Translations under genes and position numbers: made by a program | Source of the DNA: Ginglymostoma cirratum | Lineage: Eukaryota | Length of the DNA stretch: 64,000 bases | Assembly: GCA_024137785.1 (NCBI GenBank) | Contig: JAHRHZ010000069.1 | Span: forward strand, 8,350,093-8,414,092 | Direction of reading: 5' to 3' | In this document: positions 26,440 to 40,125 of the stretch, in pieces | How the letters are laid out: each line of letters opens with the position of its first letter | Position numbering within the stretch: position 1 is the first letter of the stretch | The notes under the pieces: model-generated | Told to the model about the DNA's origin: nothing | Seen by the model: the letters and a program-made list of their open reading frames with translations, nothing else | Database searches by the model: none

Positions 26440-27430
26440 AGGTCTACTGAAACGACTGCTTACTAGTCATAATGCAAGGATCAGACATTGGAGACAACAG
26501 GAACTCTAAGACTATACAAGAAATACTTTGCAGAACTAAATTTGAAAGAAAGTGAAGTGATCCGTTTTTCTGATCTCAGTTCTCTGCCACAGACAGAAAA
26601 CCAATGAAAGCTTAAGAGGAACAGGCTGAACAAGGAGGAGTGAATAAATCCAAACTGGAGAAAAGTATCTCTCCGAGATGGAGAAGTCTTTAGAAGATCT
26701 CTCTGCTCAGTTCACAAAGATGAATGAAGAGCTTAAAGAGGAAGCAATGAACCTCACACTTTATAACCATCAATACAATGCAATGACAACTATTTTAAAG
26801 GAAGAATCTAAAACAACTTACCAGTAAAATAAATCAGTCTCAGCAGAGCAGCTACAGAAACATCAGCTTTAGCACCAAGCAATGCTAGAGGAAAAAAAAA
26901 CCAAAGCATGCTTCTGCGGTTTTGTTAATCTCCACAATAAATAAATTGTGAATCATTTCTGAGACAGTCCTTTTGAAAATAAATGCTAACAATAATGCTC
27001 TATGAAAAAGAACTCAAGCAGAACAAAGAAAACCAACCAAACAATAACTGAAATAGTAAGTGGAAGAGGTATTGACTTTGAAAAGAAGAACAAAAACACT
27101 GAAGGCTAGGCATCAGTCAAGCAGGTTAGGGAGGAGAAAATCTACTTGAACAAAAAGCTTCAACACAGATGCAAATTAGAAAAATACAGGGTTTTACGCC
27201 AAAAGCTGCAAGATTAGCTTGTACCTCTTAAGGAACAGAACAGTAAATTCCAATAAAGGAATGTGCCACTTGAAATAAATGAATCACAGATCTCATTCCT
27301 TTTAAGCGAAAAAAAAACTTGGTTGCAGGTTCATCAGGGTAAGAAAATCCTCAAAAAACCACCACAGTCCATGAAGAAAAGCTTGATATTGCAAATAGAA
27401 ATAACAGACAGACAATGTCATCGATGACAG
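26440..27430 (+). pseudogene. Unidentified decayed coiled-coil coding sequence
   Basis: 26663-26900 reads KYLSEMEKSLEDLSAQFTKMNEELKEEAMNLTLYNHQYNAMTTILKEESKTTYQ*NKSVSAEQLQKHQL*HQAMLEEKK; the purine/GAA-rich strand bias extends about 1 kb. Confidence 0.4.
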
Positions 27431-27731
27431 GGCAATCAATGGCACTTCCATACCAAGTCACTACATATGATCTGGAACACTTCAAATTACTAGTTAGAGA
27501 CATACAATTACTGGCTATTGTAAACAGGTAAACTTTCTGTTGGAAAAAGAACAGGATGTATTGTGTACCTGGCCTATAAGAGAAATTAGCATTACGGAAC
27601 TCAGGTGCATACAATGTTGTGATTCTGCCCGATACCTTTCTGCAGTGCGTAAGCAAGCTGCACACGCTCAGTGAATAGTTGCCTGGCTGTATTATCACAC
27701 CACTGTTTTAAATTACACAACCCACGAAGTT

Positions 27732-27937
27732 AAAAACTGCAGATGCTGAATAATCGGAAACTACTGGAAAAGTTCAACAAGCCTGGCAGCAACTGTGGAG
27801 AGAAATCAGAGTTAACGTCTTGGGTCGAGTAACCCTTCCTTAGTCTGGGTCACTTGACCCGAGATGTTAACTCTGATCTCTCTCCAAGGATGCGATCAAG
27901 GCCTCCTGAGGTTTTCCAGCAGTTTCTGTTTTTGGTG
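27732..27937. mobile_element. Penelope-like palindromic mini-element, family B
   Basis: Inverted arms ggagagaaatcagagttaac..gggtc / gacccg..gttaactctgatctctctcc. Degenerate 12-bp TSD ACCCACGAAGTT (27720-27731) / ACCTATGAAGTT (27938-27949). Confidence 0.8.
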
Positions 27938-28524
27938 ACCTATGAAGTTCATCAATCCCTGATGAGCAACTGATCATTAACAACAACAGAAGGACAACAT
28001 TCAGCCTGTTGCATCATCAAGTGAGTAATTCACCCAGCACCATTCCCCCACGTTTCTCTGTTGCACATAATAATTACATTCCATCTTGAATGCCTCAATT
28101 GAAGCTGTCTCATTATATTCGAGCATCACATTCCAGATCTTAATATATTATTTAGCTTATCTAATTTGAATATACAGGTAATTTTAATTGAGTTTTGGAT
28201 CAAAAGTACTACGTTTGAGAGAGCAACAGCAGCCACTGTTATTTTGGAATAAATTAGCCAGTAACCTCCACAATGCTCACATGTAGTTACACATGCAGAT
28301 TTAAAAATTCCTGTCCTTGCATCTCCATAAGTTGCACTATAACAAAGCCTTACCAGTAGACTCAGCAAAGAAAAAAAATACAAGGATGTGAAAATTCTGG
28401 TTCTTTCCCATTTGTTACTGACCAAATACAGTCAAAGTGTTGAGTGTGAAGGCTGCTGTGGTCCCCGAGAACTAGAGGCTACTGTGCCATTACAGAGTCA
28501 ATGGGCCACAAGTTTAATCTTAGA

Positions 28525-29260
28525 GTCCATAGGACCATAAGAAACAAGAACAGGAGTAGGCTGTTCAGTATCCTGCGCCTGCTTAACCTTTTGATAGGAT
28601 CAAAACTGATCCGACATTCTTTACATCCACTTTCATGCCATTTCCCCATTACTATCAATAGGGGAAAATCGAGAAAGGATTTATCTCAGTCTTAAATGTA
28701 CACAAGGACTCTACACCCACAGCTGTTCGTGGCAAGGAGTTCCAAAGATTCATAACCCTCTCAGAGAAACTATTCTGCTTTATCTCAGTCTTCAATTGGT
28801 GCCCCTTCATTCTGAGGCTATGCCCTCTGGTCTTAGACATTCTCATGGAGAGAGATCCTCTCAGCATTCACCCTGTCAAGCCCCTTAAGAATCCTAAATG
28901 CTTCAACGAGAGCACCTCTCATTCTTATAAATTCCAATGAGTACACACCGAATCGGTTTAATCCTTTGCTCATAAGACAATCCCTCCATACTGAGGATCA
29001 TCCCAGTAAACCTTCTCTGAACTGTCGCCAGTGAAATAGTAACCTTCCTTAAATAAGGGGGCCAAACCTCTTCACAGTATTCCAGATGTGGTCTCACAGG
29101 CACCTTGTAGAGTTGCATTAAGACTTCCCTATTATTATACTCCACCACCTTTGAAATAAGGGCCAATGCTCCTTTAGCTTTCCTGATGACTTGTTGCACC
29201 CACGGGCCATCTTTCTGTTTCATGCACAAGTACAAAATATCTGTTGTGTCTTTTGTGTTC
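28525..29260 (-). mobile_element. CR1 LINE 3' fragment
   Basis: Minus-strand ORFs LYKVPVRPHLEYC...VQRRFT and KTRGHSLRMKG...RVMNLWNSLP, plus CR1 tail. Confidence 0.9.
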
Positions 29261-29269
29261 AGCATCATT

Positions 29270-29590
29270 GGCAACTCTTTGAATAGTACTGCAGATCACA
29301 TCCAAATGCAACAAGATCTGGAGAGCAATCAGGTTTGGGTTGATCAATGACAAAAATAGAAATTGCTGGAAGAGCTCAGCAGGTCTGGCATCATCGATGG
29401 AGAGTGTGTGCAGGTCGAGTGACCCTTCCTCAGAATTGGGTTGCTCAGTGGCCAATAATATTCTTGCCACATAATTATCTGGCAATGGCTACCTCCAATG
29501 GGATTACCACTACACCACTATTAATATTTTGAAACTACTGATGACCAGAAATCCTACTGGACTAACCACATAAGCAGTACGGTTACAAAC
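29270..29590 (+). mobile_element. LINE RT fragment carrying a nested family-B Penelope-like single arm (29350-29435)
   Basis: atgcaacaagatctggagagcaatcaggtttggg (MQQDL..IQ.W) continues after the insert. The insert is flanked by a 15-bp TSD TTGGGTTGATCAATG / TTGGGTTGCTCAGTG (29335-29349, 29436-29450). Confidence 0.7.
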
Positions 29591-32500
29591 ACAAATATAT
29601 GAAAAAAATGGCTTCACAATAAAGAAAACACAAGAATATTTAACTCATCTTTCAAAGTTTTTTTTTTACTAATTAACAATCTCGTTATTGACGCACATAA
29701 CAGTGACAGGTTCTTCAGAATTAATGAGCTTTGATTGAGTAGACAGAACACTCGTCAGTCAATCCCACTACAAAATCAACCCTGCATTTGAGGGCAAGCT
29801 CAGTTTCTATAGTCAGTTCACATAACTGAAGCCATTCATCTCTGCTATCACACTTTTCTCTGCCAGCTTCAAAGCTCTGATATCCTTCCAAAGCAGGACG
29901 TCCAGAATTTGGCCTAGCTGATATCAAGATTTAATATAGCTCCTATTTTATTTGCTACATTTTAATTGGTAAAACCCAAGGCCCTATATGAAATAGTTAT
30001 GAAGTTAATGAGCTGATAGTTTATCATGAGCACTTGACAAATACACATGCAGAGACAGATTTGATCAAAGCGCGGTGCGCTGCATATCCAGAATGAGAAT
30101 AACTGGCTGCTTCTTTCTCCACCCCACCTACATACCGAAGAACAAAGTTTGTCAATGCCATCAATGCCAGAAATTCACCATTGCACAAAATCCAGAAGTG
30201 GTCTGGGCAAAACACAATCAGTTTCTGTCATCTCCAATACAGACTTGGGAGATACACGCCATCTAATTACTTTAGCAATGTCAAAAATCGTTCTTGTAAA
30301 AGCACAAACAGGGAGATCTATGCACTAGAGTCCCATCAAAGCAGACCTTAAGCCGTAAGGCGTTTCTTAAATTTGAAGTGCCCGCAACTGACATTAAAAA
30401 CTAACAACCATACCAATGTACAGGTTGACTTTTCTTATTTTGATCCAATTTAGAACCTCCACCATCATATTCAAATACCTTCACAACCTCACCCGTTTTT
30501 TCTTGTTGTTTCACGTTCCCCTTATCCTGATCAGTCCCACTGTTCCCAGTCTCCCTTCATCCACCTCAACCCAACGTCTGACTTTGTGAATCCTGTTTAA
30601 CCAACCTTTTAGCAAAGCTCCTCAAAAAAAAAGTTAATTTTTCACTTAAATTGTCACAACTCTTACTGTTTTTCACCAATTCTATGTTGCACACTTCCAA
30701 AGTCACCATGGAGACAAATGCTCTCATTTTCATGTGTGGGCCTCTCTCTCTTAGGAAAAACACTTACAATCACAATTTCATTGCTGAACTTGGTTCTAAT
30801 CTGTTCCATCTTTCCTATCTGGACAGCGGCATGCAGCCTTCCGACTTCTCAATGTGTTCGTTCATCTTGGATATGGTTTGATAACATGTATCAGAGGTCT
30901 TCAAAGCACATGAGACAAAGTCAAAGTCAAATGTAGACTTGCCCTCAACAAGATCTGAACCCACACTTGCAACAGCGGTCATTGGGTAGAGATCAAAAAC
31001 ATGAACATAAACATTATTTCTCTCTCCTAGTCATTGGGCCAGAGACAGCATCTGGTCAACTCGAGAGATGGCAGGGATTAAACACTGAGGTGCTGTCTTG
31101 ACTTTTAAACCAAAGAGAAAAAGTGAACAACTTTAATTCGAGAAAAGCACTTCTGAAACACTCTCCATATCTCATGTAGGCCGATTACTAGTCAGCACCA
31201 CCAGTTATGTGGGCGAAGATTGTCAATCCAGCCTTTGACTCAGCTACACAAGGTATAATACAGCTGCATAAAATTAAGAATGCTTTTGAGTATCCTCTCC
31301 TTTGCTGAAAAATTGACAAAATTCAAATGTATCCCAGCATGACCTTAGTTAATATCTTTCAGCACTTCTAAAGACTTAAAACTTCCAAGTTCATGCATAA
31401 ACTCCATTCACAATTTCATCTTTAGTTGACAGATCAAGATCCAATGACTGGATACAGAGGAAATAATTCTTATTACACCAAGAGAGCTCTGTCTTCTATC
31501 AAATCCAAATGAAACACTGTTGGAATGCTCATTATGAGCACTGAGCCGAGACCAAATGTCAACAGTGCAAAATAGCTACAGTTTTGGATGCATTCCAGCA
31601 TTGGCTTCAAGTTTTATTTTACTGCAGTATCTTGTTCAGTGGAAACGGCCTAAATGTATACATGTATAGATTTAAAGTAGCAATGAGGGAGTAGGGGGAG
31701 GTGTGGTGGAGAAAAGGAGACAGTGAAGAGATAGTGGTGGGTTCGAGATACTGGCCTATCTCACTGCGGTGTAAACATGCATTAACGTACCCCTGAGAAT
31801 TCTGAAAGATTGAGCATGTAAAATATTCAAGTTTATTTTCATAAAATCTCTTGCATTTCAAATGATCTTAGCTCCAGTTACCACTGGACAGGTCAGATCC
31901 CCAAACTGAATCTAACTTGATCAATCATATTTTGTTTTTCTAACTTACCGTGGCCATCTTTACCTGAAATACAAGTGCAAAAGGCTGCAAATGTGGTTTT
32001 AGAAATTCGACAAATTCATTCCAGAAGAGAAATAAATGTCAACTAAATCAAACCAAGCTCAATATAGCAGAATTTGAAAGAATTCAAAACAAAATCCCCT
32101 CCAATCTCCAACACCAATGTATAGTTAAATCAAATCCAGAGAAATTCTCCTTCCTTGCCCAATTCCTTTAGATCGATTGATTACTTCCTTTCACATCCTG
32201 TCCTGAGTGCTGTGGACCCTTTCTTTTGACTGTCCTCCTGACGCCTTTCCGACTTTCAACCTCATTTTGCTCCTAAAAGCTTCTTTATCTTTTGACTGAT
32301 CTTTCAGTTCTCGGAGCTGATATCTCTTTAAATGAGTTTACTCTCATTTTGTCTTCTATGTCACAGGAACAGTATCTTGGAATAGTTCACCATGCTAAAG
32401 ATACTATGGAATTGTTTTCTAACTTATTAGTTAGTAACTTGTCCTGCTGAAGGCCACTTTGCATCTTATCACTTGCCAAAGTGCCCTCCTACTCTCTGTG

Positions 32501-32682
32501 TTCCAGAACTTTCCTTGTTACAAGATCCCACAGTAATTCACTTCATATTATGCTCCATACTCAGTGGCGGGGGGGGGAAATGCGGGGGAACGTCTTGAAT
32601 TCACCATAAAACTATTTTTGCTTTTCCTAATTCTCCATACTGTTTAATTGGGAGTTGTTAAAACACCCCATGATTACAATTT

Positions 32683-33236
32683 AAGATAACAAGGTGTAGA
32701 GCTGGATGAACACAGCAGGCCAAGCAGCATCAGAGGAGCAGGAANNNNNNNNNNNNNNNNNNNNNNNNNNNNNNNNNNNNNNNNNNNNNNNNNNNNNNNN
32801 NNNNNNNNNNNNNNNNNNNNNNNNNNNNNNNNNNNNNNNNNNNNNNNNNNNNNNNNNNNNNNNNNNNNNNNNNNNNNNNNNNNNNNNNNNNNNNNNNNNN
32901 NNNNNNNNNNNNNNNNNNNNNNNNNNNNNNNNNNNNNNNNNNNNNNNNNNNNNNNNNNNNNNNNNNNNNNNNNNNNNNNNNNNNNNNNNNNNNNNNNNNN
33001 NNNNNNNNNNNNNNNNNNNNNNNNNNNNNNNNNNNNNNNNNNNNNNNNNNNNNNNNNNNNNNNNNNNNNNNNNNNNNNNNNNNNNNNNNNNNNNNNNNNN
33101 NNNNNNNNNNNNNNNNNNNNNNNNNNNNNNNNNNNNNNNNNNNNTTCCTGCTCCTCTGATGCTGCTTGGCCTGCTGTGTTCATCCAGCTCCACACCTTGT
33201 TATCTCAGATTCTCCAGCATCGGCAGTTCCTACTAT
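32683..33236. mobile_element. Penelope-like palindromic mini-element, family A, centre replaced by a 400-N gap (32745-33144)
   Basis: Near-perfect inverted arms either side of the gap. 15-bp TSD CCATGATTACAATTT / CCATGATTAAGATTT (32668-32682, 33237-33251). Confidence 0.85.
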
Positions 33237-33677
33237 CCATGATTAAGATTTTATATATTAGTCACTCACCATAGATTTCGTTGCATATTTCCTACACTGT
33301 TCTTTTCCACTTTTTGGAGCTCTATAGTGTTCCCCCACCCCCCACATAGGCACGACAGGTTTTTTGTTCAAAATAAACCCATACCCCACCTCTATTTTGC
33401 TACTAGTTTTTCTTTAAATCATCATGTTGTTATCCAAAACTAAAATTCATCTCCAGCTCCCTAAGGCAAGCAAACAAACAAACCTCCAGGAGCTCAGTAA
33501 TCAATAATTACATTCACATACCAATGGAGTTAGGCTCCTTCAGCTGTACAATCTCTTTCGTATGCAAGACTGAAGATTTCAGGTCAATTCTGCTCTTTGG
33601 CCTTTCTCAAGCTCTTCCACGATCAGCTAACACTTTGCACGATTGAAACTTGAACCAGGAAAGTGATACAAGAGCAA

Positions 33678-33772
33678 TAAAAACAAACAGCTGGAAAGCT
33701 CAGCAGGTCTGGCAGCACCCGTGGAGAGAAATCAGAATTAACATTGCGGGTCGAGTGACCTTTCTTCAGAAC
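33678..33772 (-). mobile_element. Family-B Penelope-like single arm
   Basis: ctggaaagctcagcaggtctggcagc..gtggagagaaatcaga..aac..gggtcgagtgacctttcttcaga; the minus strand carries a decayed hammerhead motif. Confidence 0.75.
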
Positions 33773-35689
33773 CATGTGCTATAGAACAGCACCTCAATTG
33801 CTCTGTCAGGGAGCAATGCAACTTAAATTGTAACTGAGAAACAAATAAGATCGCTTAGGATATCCAACTGCATTGAATTTACTGTAGGTGTTTTTCTGGG
33901 AATAGGTAATTTTGCCAAATATTAATTCTATCCAATTACCAACTGGTCCTTGACACATACAAAGACCTGGTCCAGCGTAATTGCTGCATGGTGACGCACG
34001 GGCAACTGCCACACAAAGGCTTTGTGATATTTCAGCTTTTTGACATGCTAGTGAATAAGTACGGATGAGGCAAATGAGCTAGGTCAGTAGCTGGGTTAGT
34101 TTGTGTTGGATGAGATTTGATTGGATCACAGGATGAGGAGGAAGACAGACAGGTGGAGAAGTCTACTTAGTTTGCGACAGGATATAGACAAATTCAGGAG
34201 GATGGAGGAGGCTGGGGTGAGGTGGTGTGGTCAGGTCAGGGCTTGGGATAAACTGGGTCAGTTGTTTTGTTGCCTCAGAGTTAGTGGTTTTAATCAGTCT
34301 AACATTTCCTAGGTATTTATCCAGGCAAATATCCTAAATCAGGATTGTACAAAGTCTGCAACTCACACACAGAGGATTCTCAGGAGCAGGGAAATTATCC
34401 ATTGGAAGTTCAAACTTGCACAGCAAAGGGGATAGATTTGTCCGCTAAGACTTCCACGGGGTCCCAACTTGCATCTGACTATCTCCAGTCTCTGAAGTCC
34501 AGAGTTTGGAACATTTCGGTCCCTGTTGTTCTTATTGTCTCATGACACCTTAGGTTACCACCCTAGATGAGAATTTTCCCACGTTTGTCTGACACAGAAA
34601 CTGCATTGTACATTCAGACAAGCTCTCCTTTTTGTGTGTGTTGACTGAAAAAGACACATTCCTGCATTATGGTTGAAAATTGCAGTAGTGTACTTAATGA
34701 CTACACTTTTCTCCCGAAAAGCTACGACATACAGAATAGAATTTTAAATAGATGGTTCATGCAGCATTCGATCAAACTAATCAATGCTTCACTTATTTAA
34801 CAGACTTAACAATTAGTAAACTAAATTTAAGCTCAACTCCATAAAACATACATTAAACCCAAATCCATTCCAGACCTAAAAAGAGAGTCTCAAAAAGGTG
34901 TTACAAGGACAAATAAAGCAACTGGTGCCTGGCAACAACAAAATGGGGTCAAAATTAAAGGAATTTCACTCCGTGATGAGGGTTACAGCATTCCAGATGT
35001 GTTCTCAGCACAGGAGCTAAAAGAATCTCAAGTTTAGGATTCTTGGCAATTTCAGAGTAGCCATTCTTTAGGGTTGTCAACTGGCATATGTTGACAATCA
35101 TTGCTAAATCTGGTCACTGGATAAGTGACAGATGTAACAGGTTTGACTGATTTATCCTCCTTCTGGCATTAAAGCAGATCACAGCATATGACACTGCCAA
35201 TAGACTAAGATTGATCAATCTAATGAAGACAGAATCAAACCAAGCATGACTCTGCCCTTCACAATTGAGCTCTACAATACTAATAGCACTTACACCTACT
35301 TAGCTATCTCGGTGCCATACATCAAAATGAAGAAATCTGACTGGGTCAAAAGGGAATGCATCCATCTCTATCTTTTTCATACACCACATCAGAGTTCAGA
35401 ACAGTAACGAACAGCCAACAGTCAGCCGGAGTTTCAAGGTGCTCAATGTATAATAAAAGACAAATATAGACTGCGACTTTCATTCATTTCGATTCCAATT
35501 CATTATAGAGGTGCAGCAGTGGTGACCGCGTTCTGGTGTGTCCATAAACCCAAATAATCCGATCTCCAAAATTGGATCAACATGAAAAGAGAGACTTTTA
35601 ATTTTACAAAGGAATACAGAACATTCCGAAAGAATCATGCTAAGTAATAACCTCCTTGCTGTTGAGTCTGCAAGCGCCAGACCAGAAAC

Positions 35690-35985
35690 CTGGAACTGAT
35701 ACTCTTAAGCAGTACTGAGAAAGTGCTGCATCATTGGATTTTTTTTGTGTGTGTAACCATCAAACCAAGGTGCCATTCTACTCACTAGTAAAACGTTCCC
35801 ATGGCGTTATTTGAAGAGGGGCAGGAATTCTTCTTGGCACAATAGCCAATATTTGTCTCAAAAACAATAAATGTGATTTGATCAAAATCACATTCTTCCT
35901 CGTAGACAATATACTCCCCAAGCATTTTACTTGTTAATGAAGCATTTTAGGAAGTCTGCAGTCACAAAAGTTGCCACAAAGTGTA
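35690..35985 (+). mobile_element. Decayed Deu-domain SINE
   Basis: cagtactgagaaagtgctgca...taaaacgttcccatggcgttatttgaagagggcagga...gccaatattt matches the Deu-SINE core in sense orientation. Confidence 0.6.
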
Positions 35986-38900
35986 CATTATTTCTAGAAC
36001 ACAATCAAAAAAATGCAGAAATGAAAGAAGTGTTTCTTTTTTTAAAAAAACCCCAAGGACCGTGGAAGGAATTGCTGCACTTATAAAAATATTATACAAA
36101 TTTATTGTGTTTACATTGCTGCTTTGTTCAAGCAGTGGGGGAGGTGGGGATGTTTGCAGATCACATTAGCACCACAGTGTGCACGCAAAGAGAAATTTGG
36201 CCAGCAACAAGTAGCTGATTTGTTTGTGCAATTGTGACCAGTTCTGGATGCCAAAGGTCAACTTCTGATTGTTCAGCTACCCAAGAACCAATTTGTGGAT
36301 GTGATAGAGAGGGGCTAGAAGGGCAAGTCCATATCTTTTCCACCCCCCCCACAACTTCTCCGTTCTGAAATAAAAAAATTTATCCTGAAGAAAGCCAGTT
36401 ATTTTCTCCTACCTGTTGCCTTTAATCAAGATATTTTGAAGTGAGTGTACCAACCTTTACCTCCTGCAGAGCTGATGGTGGTCTTGGAAAATCAAAGGAA
36501 AAACCCTGTGGATGGATATTATTGAATTGTGGTTTGATATGTGAACGGGAACATGGGAAAATTTGTTGTTTTGTAGCTGTCTCAATGTGCATGTATAAAA
36601 GGTTTTAAAAGGTTAGGGTTTTAACTAATACAGCTATCCGTTGACAGGTCATTGCTGTTGAGTTATGATTAGAGCGTTCTTATTTGTAATAAATAGTATT
36701 GCCTTGTTAAGTACAGAAATCACAGGTTTTTTTTGTTAACTTGATTTCATCAGACCCCCTCCAATCTTGCTGCCCCCTCTAATCCACCCCAGTGTAAGTA
36801 ACCTAAGTATTTCCATATCAATTGTAGCACTGTACATGACATGCACTGACATAATAATTTTGTTCAACACAAAAATCACAGAACTGCATCCCTACTGCAA
36901 CAGTGGATTTTTGCTTATTTTAAAAGAATCAACCACTTCGCTGACATTTTGCTTTAGATCTAATTGGCACAAGTTAGCCAAGACACACAAAAATTGATTG
37001 AAACTGTCTAAACCTTACAGGACACACACGTGACCGATGCCTTCATCTATCGACACTCCAAAAGGCAGTCAGCAGAATGCCAATTCACTGTGAACCCGGA
37101 ATTATTATCCAAATAGCAACAAGGACATGGAAAATAGATTTAAGTTTTTAAAATAGAACAAGATCTTTAATTGCAGACCAAATTGATGAGACAATTCATC
37201 CACTGGGTTTTCAAAGCTTTTCCTGCTTTATCAAAATTAACTTTGTTGATGCAACGTTGTGTCTCTATACACCACTAAAAGCATTACACCTAAAAGCATG
37301 GCTTTATATTTGGGAATAAATTACATTCACAAATTTTGTGATTAGTTACATAGATAGGTTTTATATTAAGAAAGTAATTGAAATGAGTAGTTGGGGAGTT
37401 ACTGATCTGGACATAAGCCCATGGCTTATATTCAGCCATCTGTCCAAACATCCAATCGGTATCTGACACTTAAAATCCATTCTATAGCATGTAATTGAAA
37501 GTCTCCATCTTGAAAACTTGTCAATATAATGAGCAATAAAATGTGGGTAGCATTGATCTTTAACCACTAAGTGACATCAACTCATTAACAAAGTTTGTTA
37601 AATATTTTAATGATGTCCAGGAGGAATGCAACCATCCTCACAATGTTTGCTGCATTTAGATCTTGAATATAACACTGGACTCCAGAACATTGGTTTAAAT
37701 CTTAAATTGAAGGGTGACCCAGTCTTTCAGACACCAAGCAGCAGTCTCAGTTGCTGAGAGCTGTAGAAGGTGGGGAGTTGGAAAAGCAAATTGGGAGAAA
37801 GAGGAAGCAACACAAGTCTCTTTTTTTGTGAGCAGACTTGGACAAAATGTTCATTAATCACTGCTTTTCACGGAGCTCTGAATTTCAAGCATAATCAATG
37901 ATATCCAACAATAAGTAAATGTCAGGTCACTGCACAGAATATCTTGTATGTCAGAAGAATCTTGGCTTTGAAGTGATTCAGACCTCCCTTGGGCAGTGGT
38001 GATGAGCACTGTTGAATCTATATCACCAGAATACAGTTTGAAGCCACATTTACTCTGGCCAAAATAGAACTAAACAGCATGCTTCCATTAGAGTCAAACA
38101 ATGGCACCTGTACAATATGTAAGAAAGCCAAAAAGTAAAAAAAAAACAGGAAAAGTATAAAGTGCATTTGTAGAAAAATAGCTTCATATGGCAAAAGAAC
38201 GTCCAATAACGTACTTTTGTATTTGTAGTGCAGAGAAATGTCCTACAATATTTTGCACTATGGAACCACATTGGGCAAGAGATGACTGCACTGCTTTTCC
38301 CTCATTTAACAGTATATATTTGGACAAAACCAGTTCAACTGTTTCGTTAATAAAACATTTATTTGAAAGATGAAAAAAGGTACAAACTGTACAAGAAAAA
38401 TGTTGAAACTCATGTTTGCTATTTCAACTCGACAGTGGAGAGTTGACAGTTGGGAAGGTTAACCATGTGCATAGTGCAGTTTCCAGGTAACCCTAAATCC
38501 ATCATGCACCCACCTTTCTCTCCCTTCCATCTCATGCAAAACTGATCTTACCTCGGTTCAGATTTGCAAGCATTAGTAGGTACATCATCCATCTGACCAT
38601 TCTTCATCCAAGTGCGTGCAGGCAGGTTATTTGCAGCCAGCTCAGTTCCAGCACTCACCTACATACATTCACACAATGGCGGAGATACTTCCCTAATTCA
38701 CTGTCAGTTATGTAAGACATAGCACCCTGTCAGCAGGAGATCAGGTAGTTCAACCATTTCAGGAAAATAATCTGGCATCTTCTGTATGGCTTGATTCTCT
38801 TGCTGATTTTAAATAAAGGAATTTAATAAATATTTGCAAGTCACAGCTTTTAGAACAGTGAAATTAAAAGATGCCACATTTCATCATTGTGATCAGATTT

Positions 38901-39599
38901 AACTCATTGTACTTTAAAAGTATTTCATTCAACTTAAAAATTAGAAGATATTACAAGAACTCTAACTATTCTATAGTTGCCACAACCCTAAAGAAGGGTA
39001 TTAATCTAACTATGTACCATAATATGGTCAAACCCAAAATATAAAATCATAATAAATTCACATAGCATCAACTTATGTTTCTATTCTCAACCTTTGTCCA
39101 AAATGTTTTGGCCGTCTTAACTGATATTAGTTTGAGTGTACGAATACAACACAAGTCATGCAATACTTTCACAGCATGGGCATTATTACATTGTCTGCAC
39201 CTACGCAAGCTGTGTTTCAATATTCCAGAAAAGTTACAATCCAAGTTCACAAACACCTTCTCCAATATCAGGAGGTAAACTAAATAAGTCAATGTAAAAA
39301 CTGTATCAAGGACATTTACATTCAGGCCAACTGTTCACATAATTGCAGCCGGAAGTAAAATGGGGAAACTATGGATAACAGCTGGTTACTGTTGGTGCCT
39401 CCAGCACTTTGCTGTTGGAAACTGCTTGAGGAATTATTTCCTTTGGGAGGAAAGTTAAGAAACACAGTCTAGTGCCTCTGGAACCAAAGTTATGCAAGTG
39501 TTATGCAAAGTTATGCCATTCCAGAATTCACAAAATTCCCTGGGTAACGCTTAGGGAGCACTCGGCGAGGACGCTCTTCAGAAGGTCAGTGTGAACTTG

Positions 39600-40125
39600 A
39601 TGGGCCTGCTTCTGCACTATAAGGATCCTATGACAATATCAGTGGTGTCACTGTTCAGCCAAGACATTAAACGTTCTGCTCTCGCGTCAAGACATGGTCA
39701 TTTCTATCCCACTGTTTCAACAGAGACGTTTTTCCCTCAATACCCTGACTGGTACTTATCTTGTTTTCATGTTCTCTGCCCAAAAAAAAAGGTACTTGGC
39801 AACCATTCATGGAACCACATTAGAAGGGCTGTGATCTTTCACTAAGGATAGGGTGCCTAGGTAGGCCTTAAACTTGCCTTAGCCGGTCAGGGGGTTGAAT
39901 CCATACGGTCAGCATGAATCCATTCCACACATTAGCTATCTAAGTCGAGCTAACCAATTTATTCTATGTAAAAATAGACCATCTGCTCATTGCCAGTTTG
40001 CTGCTGCTTACAGGCATTTGTTGAATGCAAACCTGCTGCTGCATTTCACACACTGCCAGTACCTTCTTGACCATGCATGCTTTGGGATGTTCCGAGGCCG
40101 TGAAAAGGTACCTCTAAATCAAAGA
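39600..40125 (+). mobile_element. Decayed SINE mosaic (Deu-like body with an opposite-strand tRNA-derived SINE head at about 39860-39955)
   Basis: gacattaaacg...cccactgtttcaa; tttgggatgttccgaggccgtgaaaagg; reverse-strand ggttagctcg...ggattcaaccc. Confidence 0.45.

Noticed and set aside
31770-32678. Apparent TGTAAACATG...CATGATTACA terminal repeats suggesting another LTR
   Set aside because: The right 'end' is part of the TSD of the adjacent hairpin element; boundaries unsupported.
32674-33242. Long ORFs containing X runs (also 48448-49142)
   Set aside because: Artefacts of translating 400-N gaps.
39488-39516. Triple GTTATGC repeat (also 52737-52763 CAAGTCTGC x3)
   Set aside because: Short slippage duplications with no further support.
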